DNA from: the human T2T-CHM13v2.0 reference genome, Homo sapiens | NCBI RefSeq assembly: GCF_009914755.1 | Contig: NC_060932.1 | Direction: 5' to 3' (one strand) | DNA: 64,000 bases | Shown here: positions 30,210 through 43,870 of the stretch, piece after piece | Position numbering within the stretch: position 1 is the stretch's first letter | Layout: each line of letters opens with the position of its first letter | The notes under the pieces: generated by a model | Told to the model about the DNA's origin: nothing | Databases searched by the model: none | The model's input: only the letters and a program-made list of their open reading frames with translations | Program-made: the position numbers and the translations under genes

Positions 30210-30658
30210 GAGATATTCAACCTGCAGAGCAGAAAAATATTCCTCAGGCTCAAATCCAAAAATTTCAACTGAGCGCCCTCTGGACTCAGAGACTCAATTT
30301 ATAGTTATTTTCATCATTAACTTTTGTTTTTCTTTTGTTGATTTTAGTTTGTTTTACTCATGAGGACCCTGGCTAAGGAGCATATGCCAAACTCTTGAAA
30401 TTATCCTCCTGATAGTCATAATAGTAGTCTCCCTGGTGCACTGTCACCTGTCAAAAAGTTTTAAATACCTGCACACAGCCATCTGCTTAACACCAAATGG
30501 TCTCCCTCTGTCTCAAGTCACAAAATCTCAAAGAAACATGTGATAACATATGACCTATGAATGACATGTTGAGACCAAAACCCAGAATGGTGGCAACTGA
30601 GAGTAACATAAGGTCCTATGATTCACTCACATGAGTGTCTGACCAAAAGAGGGGAGTT

Positions 30659-31096
30659 TGAACAACATTTTTGGGATATCATTATTTTGGACTGGGCTCC
30701 TGTACTAGGACCCAACAGACCAGACCAAACCAGAATAGAGTCACTCATGCTAGGTGCCATGTATTCAAACTGAAATGGGCCAGTTTTCAAAAAAAAAAAA
30801 TAAAGAAAAAGAAAAGAAAAAGAAAAACAGGAAAGTCACAGCAACTAATCAGAAGGGGCCCATTTTCCCTGAGCTGTCATGACAAAGAAGTACCCTCTAT
30901 TTTAACTCTATAAGGCAAGTAACTGAAATGACCTTATTTCTGCTTTCTTTAGCCTTTTCTTTCTCCAATGCTAATCCCCTCTGCTCAGCTCATCAGAATA
31001 CCTATTCTATTTGATACAATGCGATGTTGCCTGATTCTAGAATTGTCAATAAAAGCCAATTATATCTTTAAATTTGTTATAATTTTGTCTTTGACA
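30659..31096 (+). mobile_element. MER31-like 3' LTR
   Basis: Follows the PPT; ttttggactgggctcctgtactaggacccaacagaccagaccaaacc; AATAAA ~31048; ends ctttgaca. Confidence 0.75.
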
Positions 31097-31829
31097 CATC
31101 ACAGTTGACCATTATCTCCATGAGAAGATTCATAGAGTATCCAAGGAAAAACCTAACTTAAATGTTACAGTAAGCTTTAAATATATCAAAGACAAAGAAA
31201 GCATTCTAATATCTTTTAGAAAGAAGGAACAATTCACTTACAAAAGCATAACAATCAGACTGGCATATTTTTTATCATCTTTCATTCAAGGTGCTTCAAG
31301 GCAAGCCCTTATGTCACCAGGAAAGAATGATTAATTTGCTTTTTTCCTGAAACTTCTTGATACCTTTTATTTTTCTCATCTAATACTAGTGTATAACTCC
31401 TAAAATATTAACGAACAACAATGGTAAACCTTCTTAACTTTAAGTATGAGAAAAATGGAAATCGGAAAAGTTAAGAAATGTATAGAATGCCATGAAAATA
31501 GTGGCAGAGGTTTGGCTAGAACTAATCTCTCCAGAACCCCAGGGCAGTTTTGCTTTCTTTTCGTTTTTGCACCATGCTGTGATGCCTCATGCTGGCCTTA
31601 TTCATCTAAGCCTGCACTCTCCTGTGGTGGTTGCAACATTCTACACTTTAGGCAGACTTAGTACCAGAGGAGGAAAGAAGAAATGAGAGAGTGTAGTGAG
31701 GTATCCCAGCTGTTCCTTCCTCATAGCCGGTGATGGATTAGCCAACAGATACAAGGCAAGATTGCCAAGAAATACCTACTCAGAAATGTAATGCTTCCTC
31801 GGGTCTCAATACAGGTCAGTCTCTGAGTA

Positions 31830-32000
31830 ATGCTTACCACAAATGGTCTATCGTATGCCTGGTAGGTTTAGAACTTTAACCCTTTTTATATTACTAAATC
31901 TTCATAACACATTCCATGGATAAATTAACTAAAGTTAGGGAAGCTGTCAGGTTTGTCCAAGGTTACATAGCTAGTAAGGTTGCCAGGCAGTTTGACTGAA
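31830..32000 (-). mobile_element. MIR fragment
   Basis: aatcttcataaca..., ttgtccaaggttacatagctagtaag. Confidence 0.5.
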
Positions 32001-33519
32001 ACAAAAACAAAAACAAAACCCCCTCATTCTGAAGCTTAGCAGCTGCCTTCTACTTTGCTAGAGTGTGGGATAAAAGTTGTCCCACTTCAATGGAAAATTA
32101 CATGTTGTTCTGTTAAAACTTTATAAAATATTAATAATTCAAGAACTTCATAAGACATCATATATAAGGGAATACACATTTTTAACTATTTAGTATTTCA
32201 AATTGCACAAATTATATCTAATAATTTAAGCATTTTTTAAAAGTTATGCTGTATTCATTTGACAGATAATCTTACATAATATCATTTTAGAAGGACAGTG
32301 TTAAGGTAATTGATCTGTAATTTTATTGCTACTACTGCAATGAAAAATGTTAGTAATCTAGCTCCTGGGTATATTAATAGAATAAGTATATTTAGACAAA
32401 TTCAATATTTTTAAATAATCATTTCCCCTTCTGCCAATTTTATTTTTTTCAGATCCAATTAATTAAGCCTCCACATTCCTATAATATGGCACAGAATCCA
32501 CATTTCCACTTTGAAAGGATTTATAAACTGGTTTGCAAACAGCAGTTGGCAAGAGTTCTACAATATCTAATCACCCCAGTAGCTTGTCCTGCTTTTTTTG
32601 TTGTTGTTGTTTGTTTGTTTAATGCTCCTTCTACAATATAGTGTGTCCTAAATGCCCGCTGTCAGGGTTGTTCTTGCTCATCTGTCCATTCTGCGGGGGT
32701 AGTGGTGTCTCCTGTTTCTCTGTTTACACTCCAGTGTTCAGCCTCTGTTCTTTTAGCTACATGTCCAGAGCACAACTACCATGCCAGGATTAGCAGATCT
32801 ACGGTTGCTAAATACAGTGCATGCTGCCAGGGAAATAAATTCACACTACACACTTAGTATTGAGCCTGATACCTCTTCATAGCATGTTTAATTGTAATGT
32901 AGGACCCTTTCCTGCCAGCAAGTCAGACAAGTTTTGATAATATTAAACTTCAAAATGAAAAGGGAGGGTTCTCAATGTCTTTCCTCCCCAGGTATTATAG
33001 AAATACACACATAAAGAGCATATAGCTGTAGATGATAGGTAAGTAGGTAGATAAATAGATAATAGGCACAGACCCTATGATAAATATAAGTAATGTTGCC
33101 CTCATTAGCCTTATAAAAAGTGGATTTCAGGTCAAATATTTGTGCATGATTTTACCCCAGAGAGAACTAAATCTCTAAATAGTGATGTACATGAGTTCCT
33201 CAACTCTAGCACCTGCAACGATTTCTCTTTTTTGATTTACCCATCTATTGCTCAAACATTCTACCAAACTAAAAAAGCAACTCTAAGTAACTCAGGCTTT
33301 CTTTTGTGGTATATTAAACTCACAAAGGCAGTATTTCATGGATTGTCACTATTGCACATCTCTCTCCTTTCAATTCTCATGAGTGTTTCTTAAAATTTTC
33401 CTGTAGTATTGGCAAAGACACACAGACCACAGAAGACAGTCATTTTGCTAATGGGCAGACTTCCCTTGTGGCTGTTACTAGGGGGCGGTTCTAAAGTTTC
33501 AACTGCAGTTGAAGTAGAT

Positions 33520-34990
33520 TTTTTTTTTTTTACATAATACTTGCCATATTGGGACATTCCCTTTTTTGCTCCTAGCTTATTAAGATGTTTTATTTATTGA
33601 ATTTCATCAAATATTCTCTCAGTATCTAATAATATTTTTTCCTCTAGTGTATTAGTATGATAAAAACAGTGATTCATTTTTTCTGTTCTTGAATAATGTT
33701 TATATTGGAATCAGACCAATTTGATCATAACACATTGCTGTTTGATATATATGTCTAGACTTGTTTAGTTAATATTTAGTCAATTATGTCTACAAATTGG
33801 TCAGTTTTATTTTCTTGTATTATCCTTATACATGTATGTGGATTTGGAATCAAGAATATAGTAGCCTCTTAAAAGAATCTGAACAGCTTTCTATTTTTCT
33901 TTTTCTATTTTGTGAGACAAAAAGTCACAAAAGGTAGGAATTAATTTTTTGGAAGAGATAAAATTTGGGAAGGGAACAACTTTTCTTCCCATAATTTCAT
34001 TTTTGTAATAGCTTACTTTTGGTCTATTTACATTTTTTGTACCAATTTTGGTGCATTATAATTTTCTTGGTACTCATCCACCTAATTTAATTTTCATTTT
34101 GTAGTATTTTGTCATTATTTTAAATTTTTTTGTTTGGTTTATTTCTCTTATTTGGTGATCAACCTCATCAGATGTTTATATTACTGGACTTTTCAGAGAC
34201 TATGGCTATATAACTATGGTTTTGTTCTTCTTATCTGTTTTTTTCCTTCTGCTCCAGTTTATTGATTTTAGTCATTGCTACTTTTCCTTATTTCTTGTTT
34301 TCTATTTTTTTCCAGCTTCTACAGGTTTAGGATTAGCTCATTCATTTCTAGTTTCCTGATAATTTTATTTAACACTATTAATTATCTTCTAAGTGACATT
34401 TTAACTTGATTCATTTTTATTATTATTTTGCACTTATATTTCTTGATTATTTTTCTGATCCTCCTGACTCAGACGTTGCTTAATAAAATGCTATTTAGTT
34501 CCCAATCTCTTAAGCTTATTCAATTAACTTTATTAATTTTTAATCTGAATGCTTTTTGGTTACAGGAACTTTACTGCATGACATTGAGAATCACAACTCT
34601 GTTTAACTCTAGGAAATCTCAGTTATATTCTACAGGAAAGGCACCCACTGAAGTGAGTACAACATTATGGCCCTGAACATTGTTTTTTGGAATTTGTTGA
34701 AGTTTCCTGTGTTAAATACAGATATGGAAACATTTTGTAAATTTCTATTCCTGATTAAAAAATGTGTTATCCAAAAGGTAAGAGCTTGAATATAATATTT
34801 CTATCATTTATATCTTTAATAGCTCTGATTATTGTTATTATCCAATTAATCTCATAGTTTTTTGAAGAGGTGTACTAATAATCACCAACAATTTTTGATT
34901 TTTCTATTTCTTTCCATATTTATTTCAGTTGATGCTTATTTAGTTCCTATATTTACTTGAGCTTGTATTTTCAAATGAATATATTTTTAA
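33520..34990 (-). mobile_element. Very old L1ME ORF2 fragments
   Basis: T-rich; tattgaatttcatcaaat, tttggaatcaag, tttggaatttgttga and similar antisense L1 motifs. Confidence 0.6.
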
Positions 34991-35007
34991 GATAGGCCTC
35001 CTAAGAA

Positions 35008-35049
35008 TACACACACACATACACACATACACACACACACACACACACA
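35008..35049. repeat. (CA)n microsatellite
   Basis: acacacacacatacacacatacacac... Confidence 0.95.
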
Positions 35050-35556
35050 TCTTTAATGGTTAAAGGTTTCTAGCAGTTTAAAATTACTATAAAAATTATT
35101 ATTTTTATTTTAAAAGTGTAGATTGTATAGTGCACTAAGAAGAATTTGGCACCACGAATGCGAAAACTATGTTCTTATCTGTGCCGTGTTGAAGAACTCA
35201 GTCTCTCTTAACAATAAATATTTTAAAACCAGGCTCCATTAATGCAACCACCGCCATAAATAGGTTTTTCCATTTTCTATAGTTCATGACTGCTATGTTT
35301 TTTATTTCCAGATACCTAAAGATGCAAGATGGCTGATGTTTTGTTACAATAGTTTTTTCTATTTAATAAAGCATTTACCAGATGTTTTTCTACCAACATA
35401 AATAAATAAACCAATAAAACTCCTATTGTTTTACAAATGTGTTGTTTTCAGGAAAAAGAAATTAAATAAGTATTATGAAATGAGATTTCATAAACTTTGT
35501 TCTACAATAAAGATTGTTATTGAGTATTTTGTGGAACTCTATTACTTCTAGACATT

Positions 35557-36066
35557 TGTTAAACCTGGCTCCCCAGATATCACCGACACAAACTGCTAAG
35601 ACAAAGCCAAGTTTACTTCTCACCGAGGTAAGGATGAACACCGCCTCACAAAGCTGTGCCAGTCCCTGGTGGCAGGGTTTGCAGGGAGACAGTAAGATGG
35701 TAATTCCTTGATAATTGGAAGTGTGATATAAAGCATAACTTTCAAAACAGGTGCTTTATTAGGACTGGGTATGGATCATGATCCAACAGCTCAGGATTGG
35801 TGGATATAACAACAAGGTGGTGATTTTGAGAGGAGGATTAAAAGAATCCTCTGGCACATGCTGACTATTGATGCTTCCCAGGGAAAGGTTGATGGGTCTT
35901 TCTCAACATTCCTGGAATGAAAAATCAAACATGTGCTGGAGCTGCACAGTCCCTGAAAAGGAGACCCACTGAAGACAACTGAATAGCCAAGTCATGTTAA
36001 TGTAGACAGTAAAATGTGCTTTTGCTTCTCAGGGTCCAGGATGAGTGTGGATAGCTTGGGTCATCA
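35557..36066 (-). mobile_element. Probable old solo LTR (family not resolved)
   Basis: ~510-bp GC-richer block with tg...ca ends inside AT-rich DNA; aagccaagtttactt resembles an antisense LTR poly(A) region. Confidence 0.35.
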
Positions 36067-38738
36067 AATGTATTCCCTTATTATTCTTCTATAACAATGT
36101 CTTCTTATGCTAGCATACCTTTAATTTATCTCTGAGTAAATTTGGCTCTTTCATTACACAGAAGATCTAAATTTACTCAGGAAAACAGTGCCAACACAGG
36201 GAAGAAACCCTAGACCAAGACACATGGCTGCAAGTGTCAGCATGTACTGACACTGATCTCCTCGTACACAACACTCACTCCCCTCCCCGTTCCTGACCAC
36301 GCTGATTACATACAGAGCTCCTTGTGGTGACAATCTCCTATCTCCTAGCCCAGGTCACAGCAGCTACCAGAGGACTCTTTGTCGGTCACTCTAACTTCCT
36401 GCATGCATTTAATTTCCCATTCATATTGCTGGGTTTGCTCTGTCGGCCTCAGAGTTTCATCCACCAACCACTCACTCTCCCCCCATGGTCATCCAAATGT
36501 ACCCGCTGTATCCACATAAAATTCATTACAATTTTAAGATGTGAGTCTTCAAATTTGTTTATTTGTTTTCTTCTGTCTTAACTTCTGGATCCTGAGGCTT
36601 ACCTCCCACTTTGAACAACCCTCACTCTGATTCAAGAAAGAAATTATCAACCTAATCAAACAAATGTTTTGTTTTGTTTCAGAAAGGAAAGCTCTTCAGT
36701 ATTTTTAGACTTTTTGTATTTTGGAATGTTGTTTAAAATTAAATATTTATTGTAATAAATTTTTCAAGTTTTCAACTAGTCACACCATTTTGTCAAAAAA
36801 AATCAGATATGAGTGTGATTGTTTACTTGTTCAGTCATCTTGGAATTTGCACTTTCTACTTAACAACAATCCTAAAACACATTGTTGGATGTTTAAATCT
36901 GTCATTCTGAATTGTTCAGACATTCACTTAATATTTTGCTTTTATAGAGTACACAGGAAAAAAAAAATTCCTTTTACTCTATATCGAGAAAGTATTTATA
37001 AAAGTCCTCAGAGTTTATAGGAGCTGCATACAGCTCTCTTGATTTGTCCCCCAGGGCAATCCTGTGAGAGCCAGGAAGATGCAAGGACCCTCTTCTTGAA
37101 GATTTTGCATCTGATGAGGGCCCTTCTCTTGAGAGATTAAGAGATCACAAATTCCCACAAGAAAACTTCTCAAAGCTAGAACTGAAAATTAAATATTTGT
37201 TTTAAAAAAATAAACACTGAATGAGGTTGGGTACATATGCTCTTCTCATTGGAAAACTGCTCTTCAAATTTCAAGAATTTTTCTTCATAAGTTAAAAAAT
37301 AAAAATAAGCAACATAGCCTATTTTTCAGGATTTAGATTTTTCTCATTTGAGAGGTTTAGATGAAGTTTAGAGAAGTACATTTTCCCCTCAACTTTATGT
37401 GATTTGATTTCTTCAAACACACAATGTCCATACATAATTTCCTTTTGTTAGGTTAATGGCTACATTAAAATTCTAAATTTTGAGCTAATGCCTTCAATTT
37501 TGAAAAATTGTAACAAATAAAATAATTAAACTCTTTAATCCACTGCCAAGCCAGAATATAATGTTTTTTATTCTGTCATTATTTACTCTGGCCTCATATA
37601 TTTCAGTGTCTTCACTTTTAATTGCTATTGCTTTATTCAGAAAACATCAGTCACTTTATGTGCTAACAAAATCAGCATGTTGTTCTCCCTGGAATGTGTT
37701 GGATTACATTAAAAAACAATGATAGCAATTATGTGATAAATATTTGATACCCTAGTTTTATATATTCATAACATTTATCTAAAAAGTTATATAAAAATAA
37801 ATGCATGCTTCCAAAAGCATATCACTTACAGTTTAAAAGCCATCCAAATGTCCATTTATTAATCATAATAGTTACAAGCACACTACTCTGATTTTTGTGT
37901 CTTGATGGTAAGTGCTAGCATAAATGACTTTAGATGCTTAAAAAATTTCTAGAAGTTAAATCACTTAAGATTTTTTTTCTTGAAAACTTGTGAAAGTATC
38001 TGTAAAGTAAGATTGATTATCTGTAGTTAAAACGTGTGGGTTATTGTGGAGAAATGGCATCCACTGACACTCGTAAAATTTGCGGGGGGCATTAAGACTG
38101 CTAGCTGCACAAGGGAGGTGTGAGCCTCTCCAAATGCATATCACTGATGTCACTCATGATTTCTACAAAGAAAGGAGTTGTGACAGCCGTCTATGGAGCC
38201 TTGAAGATGTGGAAAAAGTCACTGTGTCAGCGAGCTCTGCTCTACGACTTCTCCCACTGTAGGACGCTCTTCCTCCAGGCGATGCTGCTGGTCCTCAGAC
38301 ACTGAACCTCATTGTGCTGGAAATGAAGAGGCACTGGGAACAAACCTGGTGGATTTTGACACTTTGGGGACCAGTGGAAAGCAAAACTTACAGTTCAAAT
38401 GGGAAAAACAGGAAAGAAATTTGTTTTCAGTCCACCAAATATAATCCCACTGGCCAGCTACATTAGATGTGCTGGAGGTGGGGAGGTGGGGGAGAGGGAG
38501 AAAAATGGCGACTGGAGGTGAGCACGAGGATGCGCAGGTCCTCCATGCTCCAGCGTGCTGGCATCTGCTTGGTAGCAGAGTGGAATTAAAGCATTATTTC
38601 TGCTTGCACCCTCACCTAATTGAACAATACACTTCCTTCAGCATCTGTCTACTTGATTTCAAAGCTGTGCCTCAGCCACCGAAGGGAATAGATCCAAGGA
38701 AGCTTTGCATCAGGTTTATTGCCTAAACCCCTAATTTT

Positions 38739-38810
38739 ATAGTCATATTATCTTTTACATTCAGAGGGATCTTTTAATAGTCATATTATCTTTTACATTC
38801 AGAGGGATCT
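38739..38810. repeat. Tandem duplication, period 38, 34 bp identical
   Basis: atagtcatattatcttttacattcagagggatct at 38739 and 38777. Confidence 0.95.
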
Positions 38811-41800
38811 CCCTTTTTTACTCTCTTCAACAACTTTGCACCTTTAATTACTTTACCTGTGTCTACAGATAAAGTCTGAACATATATCAGGCCACGTATA
38901 AAAGGATAAACTCATCTGAAGTCATGAAGTACATTAAAGTGATCTATTCTTCCATGAGTTCCTGTAAAGCGTTCATTAACAAAGTTCCAGTTACGAGGTG
39001 TGTCACGGTCATTTAAGAAAATGTTTAGAGAGTGCAAGCTCTATTCTAACCTGTTACTGAGAATGCCTTTGGGCATTTTGTCTGAGATTGCAAGGCTATC
39101 TATGTCCCTTACACTGACTGACATGTTCCTCTGTATTTACTGCAGAAGAAACTTCATCCAGCAATGAGAGTCACTCTGCAAAAGGTAACTCTGAGGGGTC
39201 TCACCTGAGGGGTCTCACTGAACACTCCTTTCCCGGGGGCTCCTTTCTCCCAGGGCACAATGGCTGCTTTTTCCTTGAAAAGCCCAAACAAGTTTCTACC
39301 TTTGCACCTAATTTTATTTTTTGCCGAGAAGCATTTCTCTTGTCATATGAGAATCCTCATGTTCAATTCAGGTAGCATTTTAACTATTATCACAGGAGGA
39401 TCTATATGATCTATGCAAAGATGCTCAAGCTGCATCCTTCATTTAAAATTGCTTACACAGTTGTTACTATTAATTACTTTCTTGTTGACTCAACTGTTTC
39501 CCTTTCCCCAAAGAATATAAGCACCATGATAACAGAAGCGTATTTGTCCATTCTGTGATGTGCTTTTCCAGGGAGAATGTCACTTTATTTAACTGAGTTG
39601 CTGGATCTCTGTCACCGAGGAATTGTTCTGAACCTGATTCCTACAATTTGGAGTCCATTGCAACATCATCTTGTTCTTTGCACTCTCTTTATTCTCATCC
39701 ATCTCTGCATGAAAGCTGCACAAAGCTCGCCTGACTTCACCTCTTGTTTGCAATGTTTTCAAAGACTCTCACTCTTTCTAATCACTGTTGCTATGATCAG
39801 AGCGTCAGGCAGCATGTGGTTTTCCCTCTAGCTATTATATGTCTGACCATAGATTAGTCAAAGATTTCCTCCTGTATAATACAGATCCTCTGCTTCCCAG
39901 GCTGGAATATCTATTCTTTTTCTATCAACTGAATACCCAGTGCTACTAAGCCAATACCACTTGCTTAATTTTTTTAATTTTTATTTTTAGCAACATGCCT
40001 TTCATGATATAAATTCCTGTATTTGCTAAGGTAGACTAAGTGTTGTATAAAGTAAACATCAGCATTTCCATGCATGGTGACGTGGGGGGAAGCCACGGTA
40101 GTGGCGCCATCTCAGTTCATACTACAGCCCCGACTGAGTGCTGGAGAGAGAACACCAAAGTCTTGATACGTCTCTAGTCTCTAACCTCTGGCTTTTTCCT
40201 GATGGAAAAAAATGTGTTATGAATTTGTTATTTTTGTGGATTTTACTTTTTACATTGTGGTCTAGTGCTTTGGTGTCCCGTGGTTTACCACAAAATGTAA
40301 TTTACAAATACATAGTTATAGTCTATACCATAGGCACACCCACGGTGTATTTTGGTCTATTCATAATTTTAGATATTTGCTAAACAGACAACTGAGAACA
40401 TACCTGTTGTTTTCTTTCATTATCTGCCATCTCAGGCATTTTCCAAATGTTCCTGGCATGTACCAATGATATCTTGGAATTATTTATGGAGATGCTATAG
40501 GGTTTCTAATGTAATGTGACTATGGGATTGGAATTGGGGTTGTATACTTGTGCTTTTGGTGAATTCATCCTTGTGGAGAAGTTTTTATTTCAGAAGCAAC
40601 AAACACTTTGAAAGGTCAACTTTGTAAATTTTGATATTTTTACTATTGCTTTGATTTTTTAGCATTAATTTTGAGCTAATTTTTCAATAGTTTGGTTTGG
40701 GGAATATCAAGGGTATTGTGCCAGTGACATAATAGTTATTTTTATGCATCCTAGGGTCTCTCTAAAATTGAAACTGAGACAATAAATTTTTTCAGAAAAC
40801 CTCAAAATTTTAAAATATGCATTTGCTGTATATCTAAGCTGTTCATCCAAAAACAAAGAAACAAACCCGGACAGCATTTTCTTCATTCATAAGCTTTTTG
40901 GGGCAACTAGGCTGAGGTCTGGAACAAAGAAATAAGGTATTATTGAATACATTCATATGTTGGAAAACAGCTGTAGAATGGAAAAGTGAAATAACATTAG
41001 TCAAAAAAATACTAAATAATCTTAAGCAGAAGGAACAAAATGATAAACAATAATGCCACTTATAATTTTTTAAATGAATAATGTCATAGAGGAAAGGAAA
41101 AATACAGAAAAGAAAGTCAAGTCTAAAAAAATATTCTGAGCAAGATTTTGAGAATATTTCTCCATATCAATCTTTTCATTATAATCTTATATGAAGTGTC
41201 TGGGAATTTTATTTGTAATATCATACATGCCACACTTGACAATTCTTGAATAATTTTTCTTTCCAGTGCTTTGTTTTTGAGACAGTACAAGGATCCTGCA
41301 TATCTTGGGGGCAATTCCAAGATAATTGGGACAAAGTTTGTGTAGAAGAAAGACAACATGGAGACTTCCATAGGCAGCGTTGAAATTCAAAGACATAATT
41401 TCTCATGTTAATATATAGTGTGATAAACAGAAGTTGCCAGAGACATAGAAAACTAGAGTTAAAAAAGAGGGAGGTATGGATTGCTAAGAACTAATATGAG
41501 AACATGCTTTAACACTGCAGAGTGAGTCACAGACACTGGTGTGAATTGTGGACCTTGGTTGTTGATCCAGGCCTCTTTTTCCATCTCTGACATACTATGT
41601 GTGATACCTCTTCTCTTTCCACTTTACTTACCCCTGTGCTCATTTGGACCAATGTAATACACTGCCTTACATCCCAGGTTTGACTTTAAGTATTATTTTC
41701 CATAAAAAAGATACAGGGACCCTTGGGGAAGAAGGCAGACAGAAGAGAGGGGGCTGCGTGTGGCCAAAAGCAACAACATAATATGCAAAAAGGGAAGCCA

Positions 41801-42228
41801 TGATGACAAATCAAAGGAGCAAATTCTATGGTGGGGAGATGTTGGGTGAGCAATGCTGAAGTTGTGTGACAGACTTTCACACCCTTAGGACTCTCTAATA
41901 TCAGGGTATATTAAGCAACCCTATTATGCAAATCCTCTAAGGTACTGTTATATAATGAGTAGGACATTAACAGCCAAACAAGTCATTCTTATGACTGAGA
42001 AGCAACAATATTTATGTAACTAGTGTATTAATATGTCATTATTTTTTGAGTTATAAAGGTGAATGTTAATTTTATTTCAAAAACTGCATCCCTAAAATGT
42101 GATGACTAAATCTTACCTTTCTTCTGTTGAGTGGTAGGTCACTTAAAAAGTGAATTGCTAGAATGCATAATTTTTTTTCAGTTTTGAATACTATAAATTA
42201 CTACGGCATTATTTTATATCTTATACTA

Positions 42229-42385
42229 GGGTTGGGCATGGTGGCTCACTCCTGTAATCCTAGCACTTGGGAAGGCTGAGGCGAGAGGGTCACTTGAGTT
42301 TAGGAGTTAGAGACCAGCCTGGGCAATATAGTGAGACCTCATGTCTATAAAGAAAATAATACTAATAATAAAAATAAAAAATAAA
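42229..42385 (+). mobile_element. FLAM/Alu left monomer
   Basis: gggttgggcatggtggctcac...gtgagacctcatgtcta plus A-rich tail; no right arm. Confidence 0.85.
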
Positions 42386-42949
42386 ATAATATTTTACACT
42401 ATTTCATGATTCATGATTTTAACTTCAAACATGCTTCAAGCATTGTCTCCTCTTCTTTACCTTTTTTTTTAAAAAACAAAAACAAAAACGAAAAAACCAA
42501 CCCCAGTCTTCTACTCATTAAATGGGAGAGGCAGCTTGAATTTATAGAAGAATGTATCTGTTATCCTTACATGTGATACATAGTCTTGTCATTGAAAAGG
42601 GGTGAGTTGAAAGACACATCTAAAGCCATTTTTATTCTTTAGAGAATTATCATTGCTGCATATAAATATGATTTTATTTAGGGCATAGATGATAAAATTA
42701 TAGAAATGCAATATATTTGGTATTTTTAATACCAAAATTATATATTTAAATAGCACCATATTTCTAAGCACATAAATAAAATACCTTTTGTTTATTTAAA
42801 GGATACAAAAGTAAAGCCCAACAAACCAAACAAATGCAACTTTTAAATATCAATTATTCCAAATGCTTTAGTTATTTTTATTCTATTATTTTTCCTCTTA
42901 AAAACTGAAAACTGTACATATATATCATCCACTACACAGTTAATGCTCC

Positions 42950-43367
42950 ATCATATGAATGTACCATATTTTATTTTTCATTTTACTGTCCATTTGCCTG
43001 TCGATCATTGACATTTTTTTTCTTGTTGGTCCAACAACTAGACTTATACATGCTCCTCTCACTCATGTGGATACTAGAATGGTAAGTATGAGGTTACAGG
43101 GTCTGTCCAGCTTCAGTTTTACTACACTCTTCCTAATTATCCTTCAAAGTGATAGACCAATTCACACTGTAGGCCAAAAATGACCGTTTCCCTGCTCCAC
43201 TTTATCACCAACACTTAGTATTGTTAAAGGGCTTATTTATGTCAACAATTGAGAGAATACATTAGCTCGTTATAATTTTAATATCCAGTATTCCTTTGTC
43301 TAATAAAATTGAGCAACTTTTTATTATTGCACTGGTCATTTTGGAGCCATGTTTTTTGAATTTCCTG

Positions 43368-43413
<46 letters not shown>

Positions 43414-43870
43414 AATATGCATATATATGTGTGTATATATATCTTGCCTACTTTTCAACTTATTTTTATTTGAGTGCTTCTAATTAGCTTGAAATGCCAT
43501 TAGAACTGATTCCAGATGTAAATCCCTCATATATATCTATTTTCAAAATGTTTTTACATTTTTCTTTTAGCATTTGCAACTACATACTATTTTGTGCTGA
43601 ATGCTTTTTAAAAGTATAGTTGTAAATTTATTTTGCTGTATTATTTATGATTATTTTGAAGTGTTTGAAAAAATGTTCTTACCCAAGATAACAGGGTTTT
43701 TTTGTAATGCTGTTGTTTTGTTTTATTAATTTATGTCTTTAATGCATATATATCTATATATAGAGAGAGGGAGAACATAAAATTTAACCCTTTTTATATA
43801 GTATTATAAACATGGCATTAAATTATTCCCAGTTTATTGGATAACCTAATTCTATTTATTTAAGTATCTT
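42950..43870 (-). mobile_element. Old L1ME fragments with (TA)n at 43371-43441
   Basis: ccactttatcaccaacactt, attgagcaactttttat and similar antisense L1 motifs. Confidence 0.55.

Noticed and set aside
32420-32460. Isolated polypyrimidine-AG acceptors (also ~10130, ~23190, ~50865)
   Set aside because: No convincing paired donor or coding frame; such motifs are expected by chance.
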